Below are positions 17,328 to 25,651 of a DNA stretch of 38,982 nucleotides, one piece after another. Below the pieces are notes generated by a model. That model saw only the letters and a list, made by a program, of their open reading frames with translations, did not search any database and was not told where the DNA came from. The stretch's first letter is position 1. Each line of letters begins with the position of its first letter. Source of the DNA: a virus (Duplodnaviria; Caudoviricetes). The DNA is taken from positions 1 to 38,982 of IMG/VR virus record IMGVR_UViG_3300048848_000256. One strand, written 5' to 3'. The translations under genes and the position numbers were made by a program.

Positions 17328-18461
17328 TTACGCGTCGTCAACCGATGCGACCCAGCCAGTTACCAGGCCCCAGTCCTTCAACTGAGCCGCGGCGTTCTTG
17401 TAGACGATCTTCGAGATGCCATAAGCCATCTCGACGCCAACGCCCTTCTTGAACTGGTAGTCGGTGTCGTCGAGCTTGGTAGCTTCCGGGAGCTGGCCCC
17501 AGAGCATGCCGAGCGCGTTGCGGCCGCAGAAGAAAACCGGCGCACAGTTGATCGTGCCGTTGTTGAACGTCAGCAGGCGGTCGATCTCGGGCACCTTGCG
17601 GATGATGACGCCGTGATACAGGAGATCACCCGGCATGAAGATCGGGTTCTTCTTGTAGCTGGTGCCTTCACGCGGACGAGCGTCTTTGTTCGCTGCATAG
17701 ATCAGCGGATCGGCCTCCGCATCGCGGAACGCATTCGAACCGACAAACAGGACATAACGCTCGTAGCCGTCGTCAGTGGTGAGCGGCTCGATCTTCGGAT
17801 CGGACTTCTCCGCCATGGTCTGCATCAGCTTGATCATGGCCGCCGACAGTTTGTCAGCGGTGTTGTCCACGGTCGCCAGTGCGGTCAGGAAAGTCGCATT
17901 CCAGTTCGAGCGAGCGACGCCGTAAAGGACGCGATCCTGGTTGTGCTGATTCCAGGTATTGCGCTGGCCGGCGGTCGCATCGGCGAACAGAATGCCATTG
18001 ACCGTCTGGCCATCATCCGAGCCGAGGCCGGCAGGCTGCGCTTCGCTGGGGATGGCCATGAAGCCCTTCACCATATCGTCGCGCTGCTTGGAGCGGCCCC
18101 ATTCCGACAGAAGCGGCTGAGCCTGCCCGAACAGATCGAATGACGACTTCTTGATCTCCGCCTTGGTCGCAGTGACCGCATTGCGGGACCAATCGAGCCA
18201 GACGCGCCAACCGTAGTTGCCGATCGACTCTTCGTTGCCGGTCAGGGTGCCAGAGCCCTTACCTGAACCGCGGAGGGCCGTGATCAGCGGGACATTGATC
18301 TGGTCGCCGCCGAACTTGCCTTCCTCGTGAAACGAGCGGATGACCGCCATTCCGTCGTCGCCCATGTAAGGCGTGAACATGTTGCCGCGAACGTATTCGC
18401 GGATGATGTTGTTGCGGAACTTAATGCCCCGGTTATTCGTCTGAACAGTGGTGACGGCCAT
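17328..18461 (-). CDS. Major capsid protein (DUF4043 / N4-gp56-like)
   Basis: 377 aa; GDQINVPLITALRGSG...LTGNEE and NPIFMPG motifs; follows the scaffold gene. Confidence 0.88.
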   Translation of the reverse strand: MAVTTVQTNNRGIKFRNNIIREYVRGNMFTPYMGDDGMAVIRSFHEEGKFGGDQINVPLITALRGSGKGSGTLTGNEESIGNYGWRVWLDWSRNAVTATKAEIKKSSFDLFGQAQPLLSEWGRSKQRDDMVKGFMAIPSEAQPAGLGSDDGQTVNGILFADATAGQRNTWNQHNQDRVLYGVARSNWNATFLTALATVDNTADKLSAAMIKLMQTMAEKSDPKIEPLTTDDGYERYVLFVGSNAFRDAEADPLIYAANKDARPREGTSYKKNPIFMPGDLLYHGVIIRKVPEIDRLLTFNNGTINCAPVFFCGRNALGMLWGQLPEATKLDDTDYQFKKGVGVEMAYGISKIVYKNAAAQLKDWGLVTGWVASVDDA

Positions 18462-18484
18462 AGCCGATCATCCTTTCCGCAGAG

Positions 18485-19372
18485 TCAGCGCCTTACGCCG
18501 CTCCGCAAAGCAGAATTGAAGACCTCCCGCGGGTCATCCTCCTCACCGTCCTCATCGGCCGCAGCCGTGACGTTGTTGAGCGATGGCAGCGGTTGCTGTG
18601 ATGCAGACGGCGCAACGAGCGCTGGCTTGACGCCCAGCTTCGCAGCCGCCTTGGCGAGAAACGCGGGATCGTTCAGGGCAGCTTCGAGCCGCTTCTGAAT
18701 TGCTTCCTCAGGGTTCGCACCGAACTCCGAAATGACCGACGACTTGGAATGCCAATCAACGATGTCCCCGAAAGGATCATCAGACTGCTTGACCTTGGCG
18801 ATGAACTCGATCGCATCCCGATTGCCTGAATTGGCGGCCTGATCGAGAGCGCGATACGCAGCGTCTACCTTCTCCTGCCCGTGTTCCTTGATCGCGAAGC
18901 GCCGAGAATAGGACTCGGTGATCTTCGAGATGCGCTGTTCGACGGGGGTCAGTGCCTGCTTTAGGCTATGATCGACGAACCCGTTGGGGTTCTCGAAGAT
19001 ATCCGGTACTTCTGCAGGCGTTTCAGGTTTGGGTTCTTGCCGCGGCTGGTTCTGCTGAAAAAACTGGTTGAAGCGCTGTTCCCACTGCCGATCGCGTTCC
19101 GCCAAAGTCTCCGACAGCTTCGTTTCGAAGCCGGTGTTGACCTCAGACAGCTTTCGCTCAAAGTCGGCAACAGTGTCAGTGTACTTCCGCCGCACCCGAT
19201 TGCGTTCGGCATGAAGCGCGCCGTGGGCATCTTGCCCTTGGTCGGCTTCAGGCTCGGCTTCGGTTTCGACCTCTTGCGGGGCTTCAACTTCGGCTTCGGG
19301 CTGCTTGTTCGTGATTTCCTGATCAGACGCGTCAACGTCCGCCAGGACAGATTCCAGCGAGTGGGTGGCCAT
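18485..19372 (-). CDS. Scaffolding protein
   Basis: Acidic N-terminus, ALHAER coiled coil, PDIFENP motif; directly upstream of the capsid gene. Confidence 0.8.
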   Translation of the reverse strand: MATHSLESVLADVDASDQEITNKQPEAEVEAPQEVETEAEPEADQGQDAHGALHAERNRVRRKYTDTVADFERKLSEVNTGFETKLSETLAERDRQWEQRFNQFFQQNQPRQEPKPETPAEVPDIFENPNGFVDHSLKQALTPVEQRISKITESYSRRFAIKEHGQEKVDAAYRALDQAANSGNRDAIEFIAKVKQSDDPFGDIVDWHSKSSVISEFGANPEEAIQKRLEAALNDPAFLAKAAAKLGVKPALVAPSASQQPLPSLNNVTAAADEDGEEDDPREVFNSALRSGVRR

Positions 19373-19402
19373 TTTCGTTTCCGTTATTGTGGGGGATCAC
19401 AT

Positions 19403-19475
19403 ACGCCCGTAACCCGGCGACGGTGCCTGTTGTCAGTTGGCAGGCTCAAACACGTCCGTTATAGGCCGACGACGC
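19403..19475 (-). promoter_or_regulatory. Duplicated structured motif in the scaffold gene leader
   Basis: Minus strand CGTCGTCGG...ACGGACGT and CGTCGCCGG...ACGGGCGT. Confidence 0.5.
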
Positions 19476-19486
19476 CTTAAGCACGT

Positions 19487-19843
19487 TTAGTTCGAAGAAA
19501 GAAGTTCGCGGATTTCTGCCTTTGACAGGCCTTCCACGTCGATGCCGCGCTGGGCGGCAACTTCGCGCAACTCGGCGACATTCATTTCGCTCAGTTGCGT
19601 CTTGTCCTGGATCACCGGGCCGGCATAGGAGCCGTCCGGCGCATTCGGATGAGGCTGGGCGCCGTCTGGAACATAGACCTTACCATCGACCGAATAGAAC
19701 GGATTGCGCCGCGCCTTGGCGATCATCTGTTCATTTTCGATTTCGACTTCCTCGCCGCGGGCGAACGTAATGCCGTTCCACGTGTTTTTGCGCGGACCGT
19801 CTTCGTCGCCTTCGGGCTCACCGAGCCAAACAATCTTAGCCAT
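19487..19843 (-). CDS. Hypothetical head-region protein with a C-terminal Rho-N/HeH-like motif
   Basis: LSEMNVAELREVAAQRGI...LSKAEI. Confidence 0.75.
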   Translation of the reverse strand: MAKIVWLGEPEGDEDGPRKNTWNGITFARGEEVEIENEQMIAKARRNPFYSVDGKVYVPDGAQPHPNAPDGSYAGPVIQDKTQLSEMNVAELREVAAQRGIDVEGLSKAEIRELLSSN

Positions 19844-19854
19844 GGGTCTTTCCT

Positions 19855-21816
19855 TCAATTTGCCGCGCGCTGAGGCTGACGCTGCGGTTGATTTGCCTTT
19901 GTGATGGCGGCCTCATGTTGAGTATGTGCTGATGCGAGGGCCTTCGCCTTCATCAACTCGATCTCGTCTTCAGCTCTCTCTCGGGCGAGCTGACGGTCAA
20001 AGTCAGCCTGCTCCCGTTGCATTTGCTGTTCGAACATTTGCTGTTCGCGCTTTAGCTGCATCTCCTCACGAACCTTAAGTCGATCCGTTTCAATCTTCGC
20101 AGCGTCGCGTTCCTGCTCCTGTTGAAACTCCATCTGCTTCATCTGTGCGGCCTGTTGCGCCTCAGCCCGAGCCAGCTGCAACTTGGCCTGCCCGGCCTGC
20201 ACTTCTGGATTCGGCTGCTTGGCGGCCTCCTCCAGCATGCTCATGACCTTCTTCTTTACGCTGTTCGGCAGGTTGGCCGTCTCGATGATGACCTGAGGCG
20301 GTACGTTCGGAATGTTCGACAGAGCCTGATAAACATCCTGCATCTGCGTGACCGTGTCCGGTCCTTCGTCGATGATGATGTCCACATCAAGCGAACCGAG
20401 AGGGTTCTGAATGACTGGCAAACCATCGGCGCGCAAAACTGGCTGGCCTTGCTCGTCCTTCATCGGCTGATTGATCGGCAGAAAGCCCGGCAGTTCAGGA
20501 TCGTCCGTGACCCTGATCCAGCGTTCATTCGTCCAGTTTTGTTGCACCAGGCACCAGACTGCCCGGTAGACCCGCATCTTCCAGCCGCGCCAGTTCACGA
20601 TGAACGGCCCCAGCTGCGACAGCGCGGCTTGCTGGAGCAACGCAATCGCACGGCCGGACTGATCCCCGCCCGCCTCGCCCAGCAACTGCGGGCTCAATCC
20701 TGCTGCCTCAAGCGACTGCTTGGCCTCCTGTAGCATTTCCATATTGCCCTGCGCCTGCTGGGCATTGGACTTTTCGTCCACCTTGGCGCCGGGCGGAATG
20801 ATGATCAAGCCATCGTTGCTATTGATCTGGCGCTGGGTTTCCTTCGGATCCTCGACCGAACCTGATTCCAGATAAACGCGGATGGTGTTTAGCGCATGCA
20901 GCGCCTTCGACCGACGATGATTCACCTCGTCCTGCATCGGGATAAGATTGCGGATCAGGCCGTAACGGTCGTTATCGTGATCGATGTTCGCGGTGAACAT
21001 GATGTACCGCGGGAACGTCTTGCCCTTCTCGTCCTTGAACTGAGAAACGCCTTCCATCAGCTTCATGGCGCCTGTGTAGAAGCAGAATTTCCACTCGCCG
21101 CCCTTCAGATACCACTGCTCGACAAGACGCAGGCGCTTTTCGTTGACTTGAACCCAAACGTGTTCGCGATCGGTCAGCTCGTTGGCGTCAGAGCCGTCGC
21201 CAGCCGATGCTAGATCATCTAGCGCTTCAGCGTGATCCGCAAACATCTCCTTGGCGAGATCGAGATCGACCCACTTCGCAACGCCCATGTAACGGGCATC
21301 CTCGAAGTCTTCCTTGATGGACCGTGGATCGTAGAAGAAACCGGTCAGAACGCGCGTGAGCTTGACATCCGGGTCGCCCTGGTCGCCCTGCTGCAGGTCC
21401 AACTCAATGCCGACCGCGGCCTTCATGGCGCCCTCACGAGCGATGATCGGCGTGATGTCCTTCCAACGGTTTTCGTCTAAAACATAATTCAGGGCGTAGG
21501 TCGCGATTTCCGCGCCCATCTCATGCTTTGGCGTGCGAGCATAAGCTTTCGGATCCTGCCGCAGCTTTTCGACCACGCCGACAACGCCGTCGATATTCGG
21601 CTGGATGCGATTGTCCGTGACGACAGGCTGTCCGCGTTCCTTCAGCTTTTGGATTTCGTCCGCCGTCCACTGGTCGCCGTGATAATAGCGCTCCGAACGA
21701 TCCTCCTCGTCCCGCTCATCCCGCTTCGAGGTCAGGTAATCCTGATATCGCCGCTTAAGGAGCGACAGAGATGCGTAACTGCCCTCCTCTACCGGCATTA
21801 TCTGGTTTTGACCCAT
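19855..21816 (-). CDS. Portal protein (P22-like, long C-terminal coiled coil)
   Basis: YYHGDQW, SGRAI and DVDIIIDEGP motifs; follows TerL. Confidence 0.92.
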   Translation of the reverse strand: MGQNQIMPVEEGSYASLSLLKRRYQDYLTSKRDERDEEDRSERYYHGDQWTADEIQKLKERGQPVVTDNRIQPNIDGVVGVVEKLRQDPKAYARTPKHEMGAEIATYALNYVLDENRWKDITPIIAREGAMKAAVGIELDLQQGDQGDPDVKLTRVLTGFFYDPRSIKEDFEDARYMGVAKWVDLDLAKEMFADHAEALDDLASAGDGSDANELTDREHVWVQVNEKRLRLVEQWYLKGGEWKFCFYTGAMKLMEGVSQFKDEKGKTFPRYIMFTANIDHDNDRYGLIRNLIPMQDEVNHRRSKALHALNTIRVYLESGSVEDPKETQRQINSNDGLIIIPPGAKVDEKSNAQQAQGNMEMLQEAKQSLEAAGLSPQLLGEAGGDQSGRAIALLQQAALSQLGPFIVNWRGWKMRVYRAVWCLVQQNWTNERWIRVTDDPELPGFLPINQPMKDEQGQPVLRADGLPVIQNPLGSLDVDIIIDEGPDTVTQMQDVYQALSNIPNVPPQVIIETANLPNSVKKKVMSMLEEAAKQPNPEVQAGQAKLQLARAEAQQAAQMKQMEFQQEQERDAAKIETDRLKVREEMQLKREQQMFEQQMQREQADFDRQLARERAEDEIELMKAKALASAHTQHEAAITKANQPQRQPQRAAN

Positions 21817-21819
21817 CGC

Positions 21820-23346
21820 TTAAAGCACCTTCAATGAGCCGGCGGATTGAGATTTCATGGACGAGAAACCGGATCTGTTCTTCGGTTTGGTATTCGTATC
21901 GATCGCACGCGCATAAGGTCGGGACATGCAGCCGTACCGCCACTCGTCAGCAGCGTGATCTTCCATGTCGCTATCGAGGTCTTCTGGTTTCGTATCGTCG
22001 TGCTGCAGCGCCGGAATGGTCCGAATGCTGTCGATGCAGGTCGAGAAAGTCACAATCATCGGGTTGCCATCGCCATCGCCAATGAAACGCGACCGCATTT
22101 GATCCCAGCCACCTAACGCACCCTTCCCAGGCACTCGCTTGTTGTCGGCCGGCCGAAACACGAGGCTGAACCCGCCAGCAGCGTTCTTGCCGGCGCCCTT
22201 CATAATCCGCTCATGGATTGATGGGCCGCCATCTTCGCTGAACGCTGCGGGATCGAGCACCCCATAGGATATCTTCTCGCCCTTCTCGCGCTGAGCCAAT
22301 CCAGCGCCAACCAACTCCGCATGCATCTTCAGACCGACATTGGGCTTGCCCGGCGTCATGCCGTACCACTCTCGGTACCGAACCATGCAGCCACGGGGCA
22401 GAATGAGCCCCTGAGGCGTCTTGAACGTGTCGCCGACCACAGCCCACCATCCGAAGCTAAACGGCTTGGCAGAGCCCCAGTCGCCCGATCTAAACCGCGT
22501 CCAATCCTTTGGTATCTCGAATGGCGTAACGACGTGGCGCTTGTAGTCCCAGCAGTCGAAGAACGCGCCTTCGATGACATCCCAGTCACCCCAGCGCATT
22601 GCCTGAACGAGGGCCGCGCTTCCAAGACCTTCAAGGCGCAGCTCATAACCAGGATCGTCCATGGTCATGCTCGGGTTATCTTCGAGCCTTGCCGGGATGT
22701 ACTGGCGGACCATGCCGCCCTCACCCGCCGGCATCAGCCGCTTCTCCATCGGAACGCCCGACGAAACGAATGTGGCCTTTACCCAGAGATGACCGACGTT
22801 GCCGGGGTTCGCCCCGCACAGGATACGCGGGAACTGCCCGACATATTGAGGCGGGATCGTCACGCCGACCATACGAACGCGATTGCGCAAGAACCGATAC
22901 ATGGACTCGGTGAAGTGCGTTAGCTCGTCAATCAGCAAGACGTGGATTTCAGCGCCCTGGTATTTGTAGATGTCCTTCTCGTCTTTGCAGTGGCAGAGGT
23001 AGATCTTCGCCCCATTCCAGAAGCGGATCTCGTCCTCGACAATCGTGCACCAGCCCTGATTTACCCAGCTCGCCAACATGGCGCGGAAGCCTTTCGGGCC
23101 TTCCATGTGGTTTTTGTTCAGGTCGTCACGAATGCGGCGGAATAGATATACCTGCAATCCTGGTATTGACGAACACCAGACCGTGGCCGCGATACGCATC
23201 AGATGCGATTTGCCGCCGCCCGCCGCCCCGCCATAGAGCGTTTCAGTCGCCGTAGTCTCGAATGCTTCCCATTGCTTAGGATGAAGATGAAGGTTCAGGG
23301 CGTCCGGTGAGGTTGATGATCGGTACAAGCGCTGCCCCGTCTGCAC
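21820..23346 (-). CDS. terL: Terminase large subunit
   Basis: Walker A GGAAGGGKS, Walker B LLIDE, ANPG coupling motif, nuclease DWG and EDHAADEWRY; GTG start with GGAGG. Confidence 0.95.
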   Translation of the reverse strand: MQTGQRLYRSSTSPDALNLHLHPKQWEAFETTATETLYGGAAGGGKSHLMRIAATVWCSSIPGLQVYLFRRIRDDLNKNHMEGPKGFRAMLASWVNQGWCTIVEDEIRFWNGAKIYLCHCKDEKDIYKYQGAEIHVLLIDELTHFTESMYRFLRNRVRMVGVTIPPQYVGQFPRILCGANPGNVGHLWVKATFVSSGVPMEKRLMPAGEGGMVRQYIPARLEDNPSMTMDDPGYELRLEGLGSAALVQAMRWGDWDVIEGAFFDCWDYKRHVVTPFEIPKDWTRFRSGDWGSAKPFSFGWWAVVGDTFKTPQGLILPRGCMVRYREWYGMTPGKPNVGLKMHAELVGAGLAQREKGEKISYGVLDPAAFSEDGGPSIHERIMKGAGKNAAGGFSLVFRPADNKRVPGKGALGGWDQMRSRFIGDGDGNPMIVTFSTCIDSIRTIPALQHDDTKPEDLDSDMEDHAADEWRYGCMSRPYARAIDTNTKPKNRSGFSSMKSQSAGSLKVL

Positions 23347-23737
23347 CTGTCACCTCCTGAGTAATCTTGTCGCCGTATTTTTTCGGCGCCATGCGGGCCA
23401 TCAGCCATTTGCGGGTATCGACGCGTAGACGAGAGCGGGCGAGAACCTCTTTGTTCTCAACTTCCTCAGTCGAACCATCGGTTCGCTGCCGCTCCATCCA
23501 GTCGTTGGAGCCGTCATCAGAGATTTCGATGATCTCTTCAGCGTAATAATCAGCCTGGGCTTCGCGCGCGCCCGCGTATTGGTCGCGGAACTCTGAATGA
23601 GCAGCAAGCCAACGCATTACGGTTGATTTGTCCGGCATATCATCGCCGCGGCAAATCTCTCTCAGGCTTTCCCCAAGACCAAGCCGGACACAAATAGCTG
23701 TGGTCAGTTCTATTGAGTAATCAGACGGCCTAGCCAT
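23276..23737 (-). CDS. terS: Terminase small subunit
   Basis: RPSDYS...GESLREIC...RLRVDTRKWLMARMAPKKYGDK (Sf6-like TerS). Confidence 0.92.
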   Translation of the reverse strand: MARPSDYSIELTTAICVRLGLGESLREICRGDDMPDKSTVMRWLAAHSEFRDQYAGAREAQADYYAEEIIEISDDGSNDWMERQRTDGSTEEVENKEVLARSRLRVDTRKWLMARMAPKKYGDKITQEVTGADGAALVPIINLTGRPEPSSSS

Positions 23738-23767
23738 TCTTTGGCGCCGTCCGTTCCGTGATTTCCA

Positions 23768-23971
23768 TCACGCACAATCCCCGTCAGGCGCCGAGTATTC
23801 AGACGGCGAGGTATCAGGCAGTTCAAAAAATGGGATGCCTTGATGTTCGCCGCGGAACGACCCTTTGGGATATTTCAGGACCGACTCGTAGAACGATGCC
23901 TTCTGCTCAAAGGTCAGCTCAGCACGATCAGGATTAGGGCGCGGCACAAACTGGATCACGTTGTCGATCAT
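23768..23971 (-). CDS. Hypothetical protein
   Basis: MIDNVIQFVPRP...; ATGA-coupled start. Confidence 0.6.
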   Translation of the reverse strand: MIDNVIQFVPRPNPDRAELTFEQKASFYESVLKYPKGSFRGEHQGIPFFELPDTSPSEYSAPDGDCA

Positions 23972-24102
23972 GCAAACCATGCTCCAAACAAGATAGCGAC
24001 AGGCAATACAAATACGATCGCGAGATTGAGCAAATCGCCCTGAAGCGCGCCGTAGTCGCCCGATACTCGCCCGTACCGATAGCTCTTTACGAGATAATCC
24101 AT
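23968..24102 (-). CDS. 44-aa protein with a C-terminal TM (not in ORF track)
   Basis: MDYLVKSYRYGRVSGDYGALQGDLLNLAIVFVLPVAILFGAWFA; GAGG RBS. Confidence 0.55.
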   Translation of the reverse strand: MDYLVKSYRYGRVSGDYGALQGDLLNLAIVFVLPVAILFGAWFA

Positions 24103-24120
24103 ACTCGCCTCATGGTCAGT

Positions 24121-24305
24121 CTCCACCCCTCTGCTCCCCGAGGCTTAGCGAGCGGGCTCAGGGGGAATGAGCAGGGAGTGAGGGGCGGAGCTTTGAATCA
24201 AAAAGCCGCTCGACGGATTGCTCCGGAGCGGCTTGTGTTAGCTCAGGGCGCAAAACCTCACCCTGCATTAAGTGCGAGACTTGCTGATTTGGAGTCCTGG
24301 GTCAA
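24121..24305 (-). promoter_or_regulatory. Probable late control region: TTGAC, leader hairpin, terminator and long hairpin
   Basis: TTGAC at 24305-24301; hairpin at 24266-24244; terminator at 24234-24200; 70-nt hairpin at 24190-24121. Confidence 0.55.
24200..24234 (-). terminator. Intrinsic terminator at the start of the late operon
   Basis: Minus strand AAGCCGCTC...GAGCGGCTT-TTT. Confidence 0.75.
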
Positions 24306-24798
24306 TAGCGAAATGATTCACCAAGTCGGATAATCCAAGTTTGAGATACTTCAGACCATCGAACAGATCGATCTTGTGCTCACGCACCGCGTAGTCGGCT
24401 ACGGCCTTCTGCGCGCGTTGGCCGCAGATCGACTCGAAAGCCTCCGCGTAGCGCCGTGTGACGCTGGCAACGACATGCCCGGGGATATCCCGGCCATGAC
24501 CGCCACGGACCGACGACAAGTCGATAGCCTGAGCTGTGAGGGGTGGATAGCCCTTCACGCAGCGAAACTGCTCTACGAGCTCGACGTACCGCTTGCCGGC
24601 CTCGTACTGAGCACGGGTGATGTGGGCCAGGCAGAGTAACCGACCAAACTCGGATCCCGCTTCCGGCTCTGCGCGGAACTCTTTCGGGACCACGACGCGA
24701 TGCGGCTGCATTGCCGCCTGCTCGCGCGGGTTGACGTATGTGCGCGCCAACTGCCCGTTCGGCTGCCTGCGTCCGATCTTCCTTGGCCGTCCAACCAT
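24268..24798 (-). CDS. Putative late transcription regulator (Q-position gene)
   Basis: Basic N-terminus GRPRKIGRRQPNG and ITRAQYEAGKRY motif; last gene before the late control region. Function is inferred from position. Confidence 0.55.
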   Translation of the reverse strand: MVGRPRKIGRRQPNGQLARTYVNPREQAAMQPHRVVVPKEFRAEPEAGSEFGRLLCLAHITRAQYEAGKRYVELVEQFRCVKGYPPLTAQAIDLSSVRGGHGRDIPGHVVASVTRRYAEAFESICGQRAQKAVADYAVREHKIDLFDGLKYLKLGLSDLVNHFAIDPGLQISKSRT

Positions 24799-24857
24799 GA
24801 TGTGCCTTGCCCCTGCTTTGGTTCGGATGAGTTCGATACGCCAACGCAACATCACGC

Positions 24858-25349
24858 TTACGACCCGGCCTCGGCATATCGCCGAACCATTTCAGCCGCC
24901 GGCCACTTCTGCTTAACCGCATGGGCAAATCGGAATGCTTCGACGCTCGCCATCAGCGCCGCCACCTCGTCAGGTGTCACCCACACGACATCCTGGCCAT
25001 GGAGCTCAGTCACTCGGGGAATAGACGCTTTGGACATGCCGACCGCGACCTTGAGGCCTGTGGTGGGATCCGAGCCAAGCATGTAGGCATCGTCCACATG
25101 CCCGACTTGCTCCATCGCCTTCACGGCGGCGGCATAGCCACGGCACATCGCAGAACCCTGCGTCTCGATGTCGTCAACCGTCCCAATGACGCATGCCTCA
25201 TCGAACAGGCCACGCTGCTCGAACAGGCGCTGAGCCAGATCAGAGTCAACTCGTCGCAGGGAGAGATCAGTCCAGCGAGCCTCGTAGGCCGCAGCAGCCT
25301 TGCTGACTTCACCTCGCCAATGACGAACAGTGGTGTCCGACTTGCTCAT
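24858..25349 (-). CDS. Hypothetical protein
   Basis: 163-aa ORF in the operon direction. Confidence 0.75.
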   Translation of the reverse strand: MSKSDTTVRHWRGEVSKAAAAYEARWTDLSLRRVDSDLAQRLFEQRGLFDEACVIGTVDDIETQGSAMCRGYAAAVKAMEQVGHVDDAYMLGSDPTTGLKVAVGMSKASIPRVTELHGQDVVWVTPDEVAALMASVEAFRFAHAVKQKWPAAEMVRRYAEAGS

Positions 25350-25408
25350 GCCGACACCCCGACAGCGCGAGGGCGCAACAGTTCGAAACCCCGTTCCTTA
25401 TTCTCTCC

Positions 25409-25651
25409 TATATACACGTACATATGTGCGTATACGTACACATGTATATTATGAAAGTTTTTAAGAAGAAGAAGTGTTGCGGTGTTGCACCGCTTGCTAA
25501 GAGGCTCAGTCGAAACGACTTTTAGCGCCACACGTTGGGAAAAAGAAGTGCTGCGCAACACATCGCAAAGTGTGGCGCATTTTCTCGCACTTGCGAGCGC
25601 AACACGTTGGGCACCCTCCGCAACACGTTGAAAAACCCATTGCAACACATC
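25409..25651. other. Putative replication origin (iterons, AT-rich segment and alternating tract)
   Basis: GC(A/C)ACAC(G/A)T repeats at 25527, 25555, 25599, 25620 and 25642; inverted GTGTTGC at 25474 and 25482; AT-rich 25445-25473; directly downstream of the primase-helicase. Confidence 0.7.

Noticed and set aside
23276-23346. Programmed frameshift joining TerS and TerL
   Set aside because: TerL has its own GTG with a well-spaced GGAGG, so a simple 71-nt overlap explains it.
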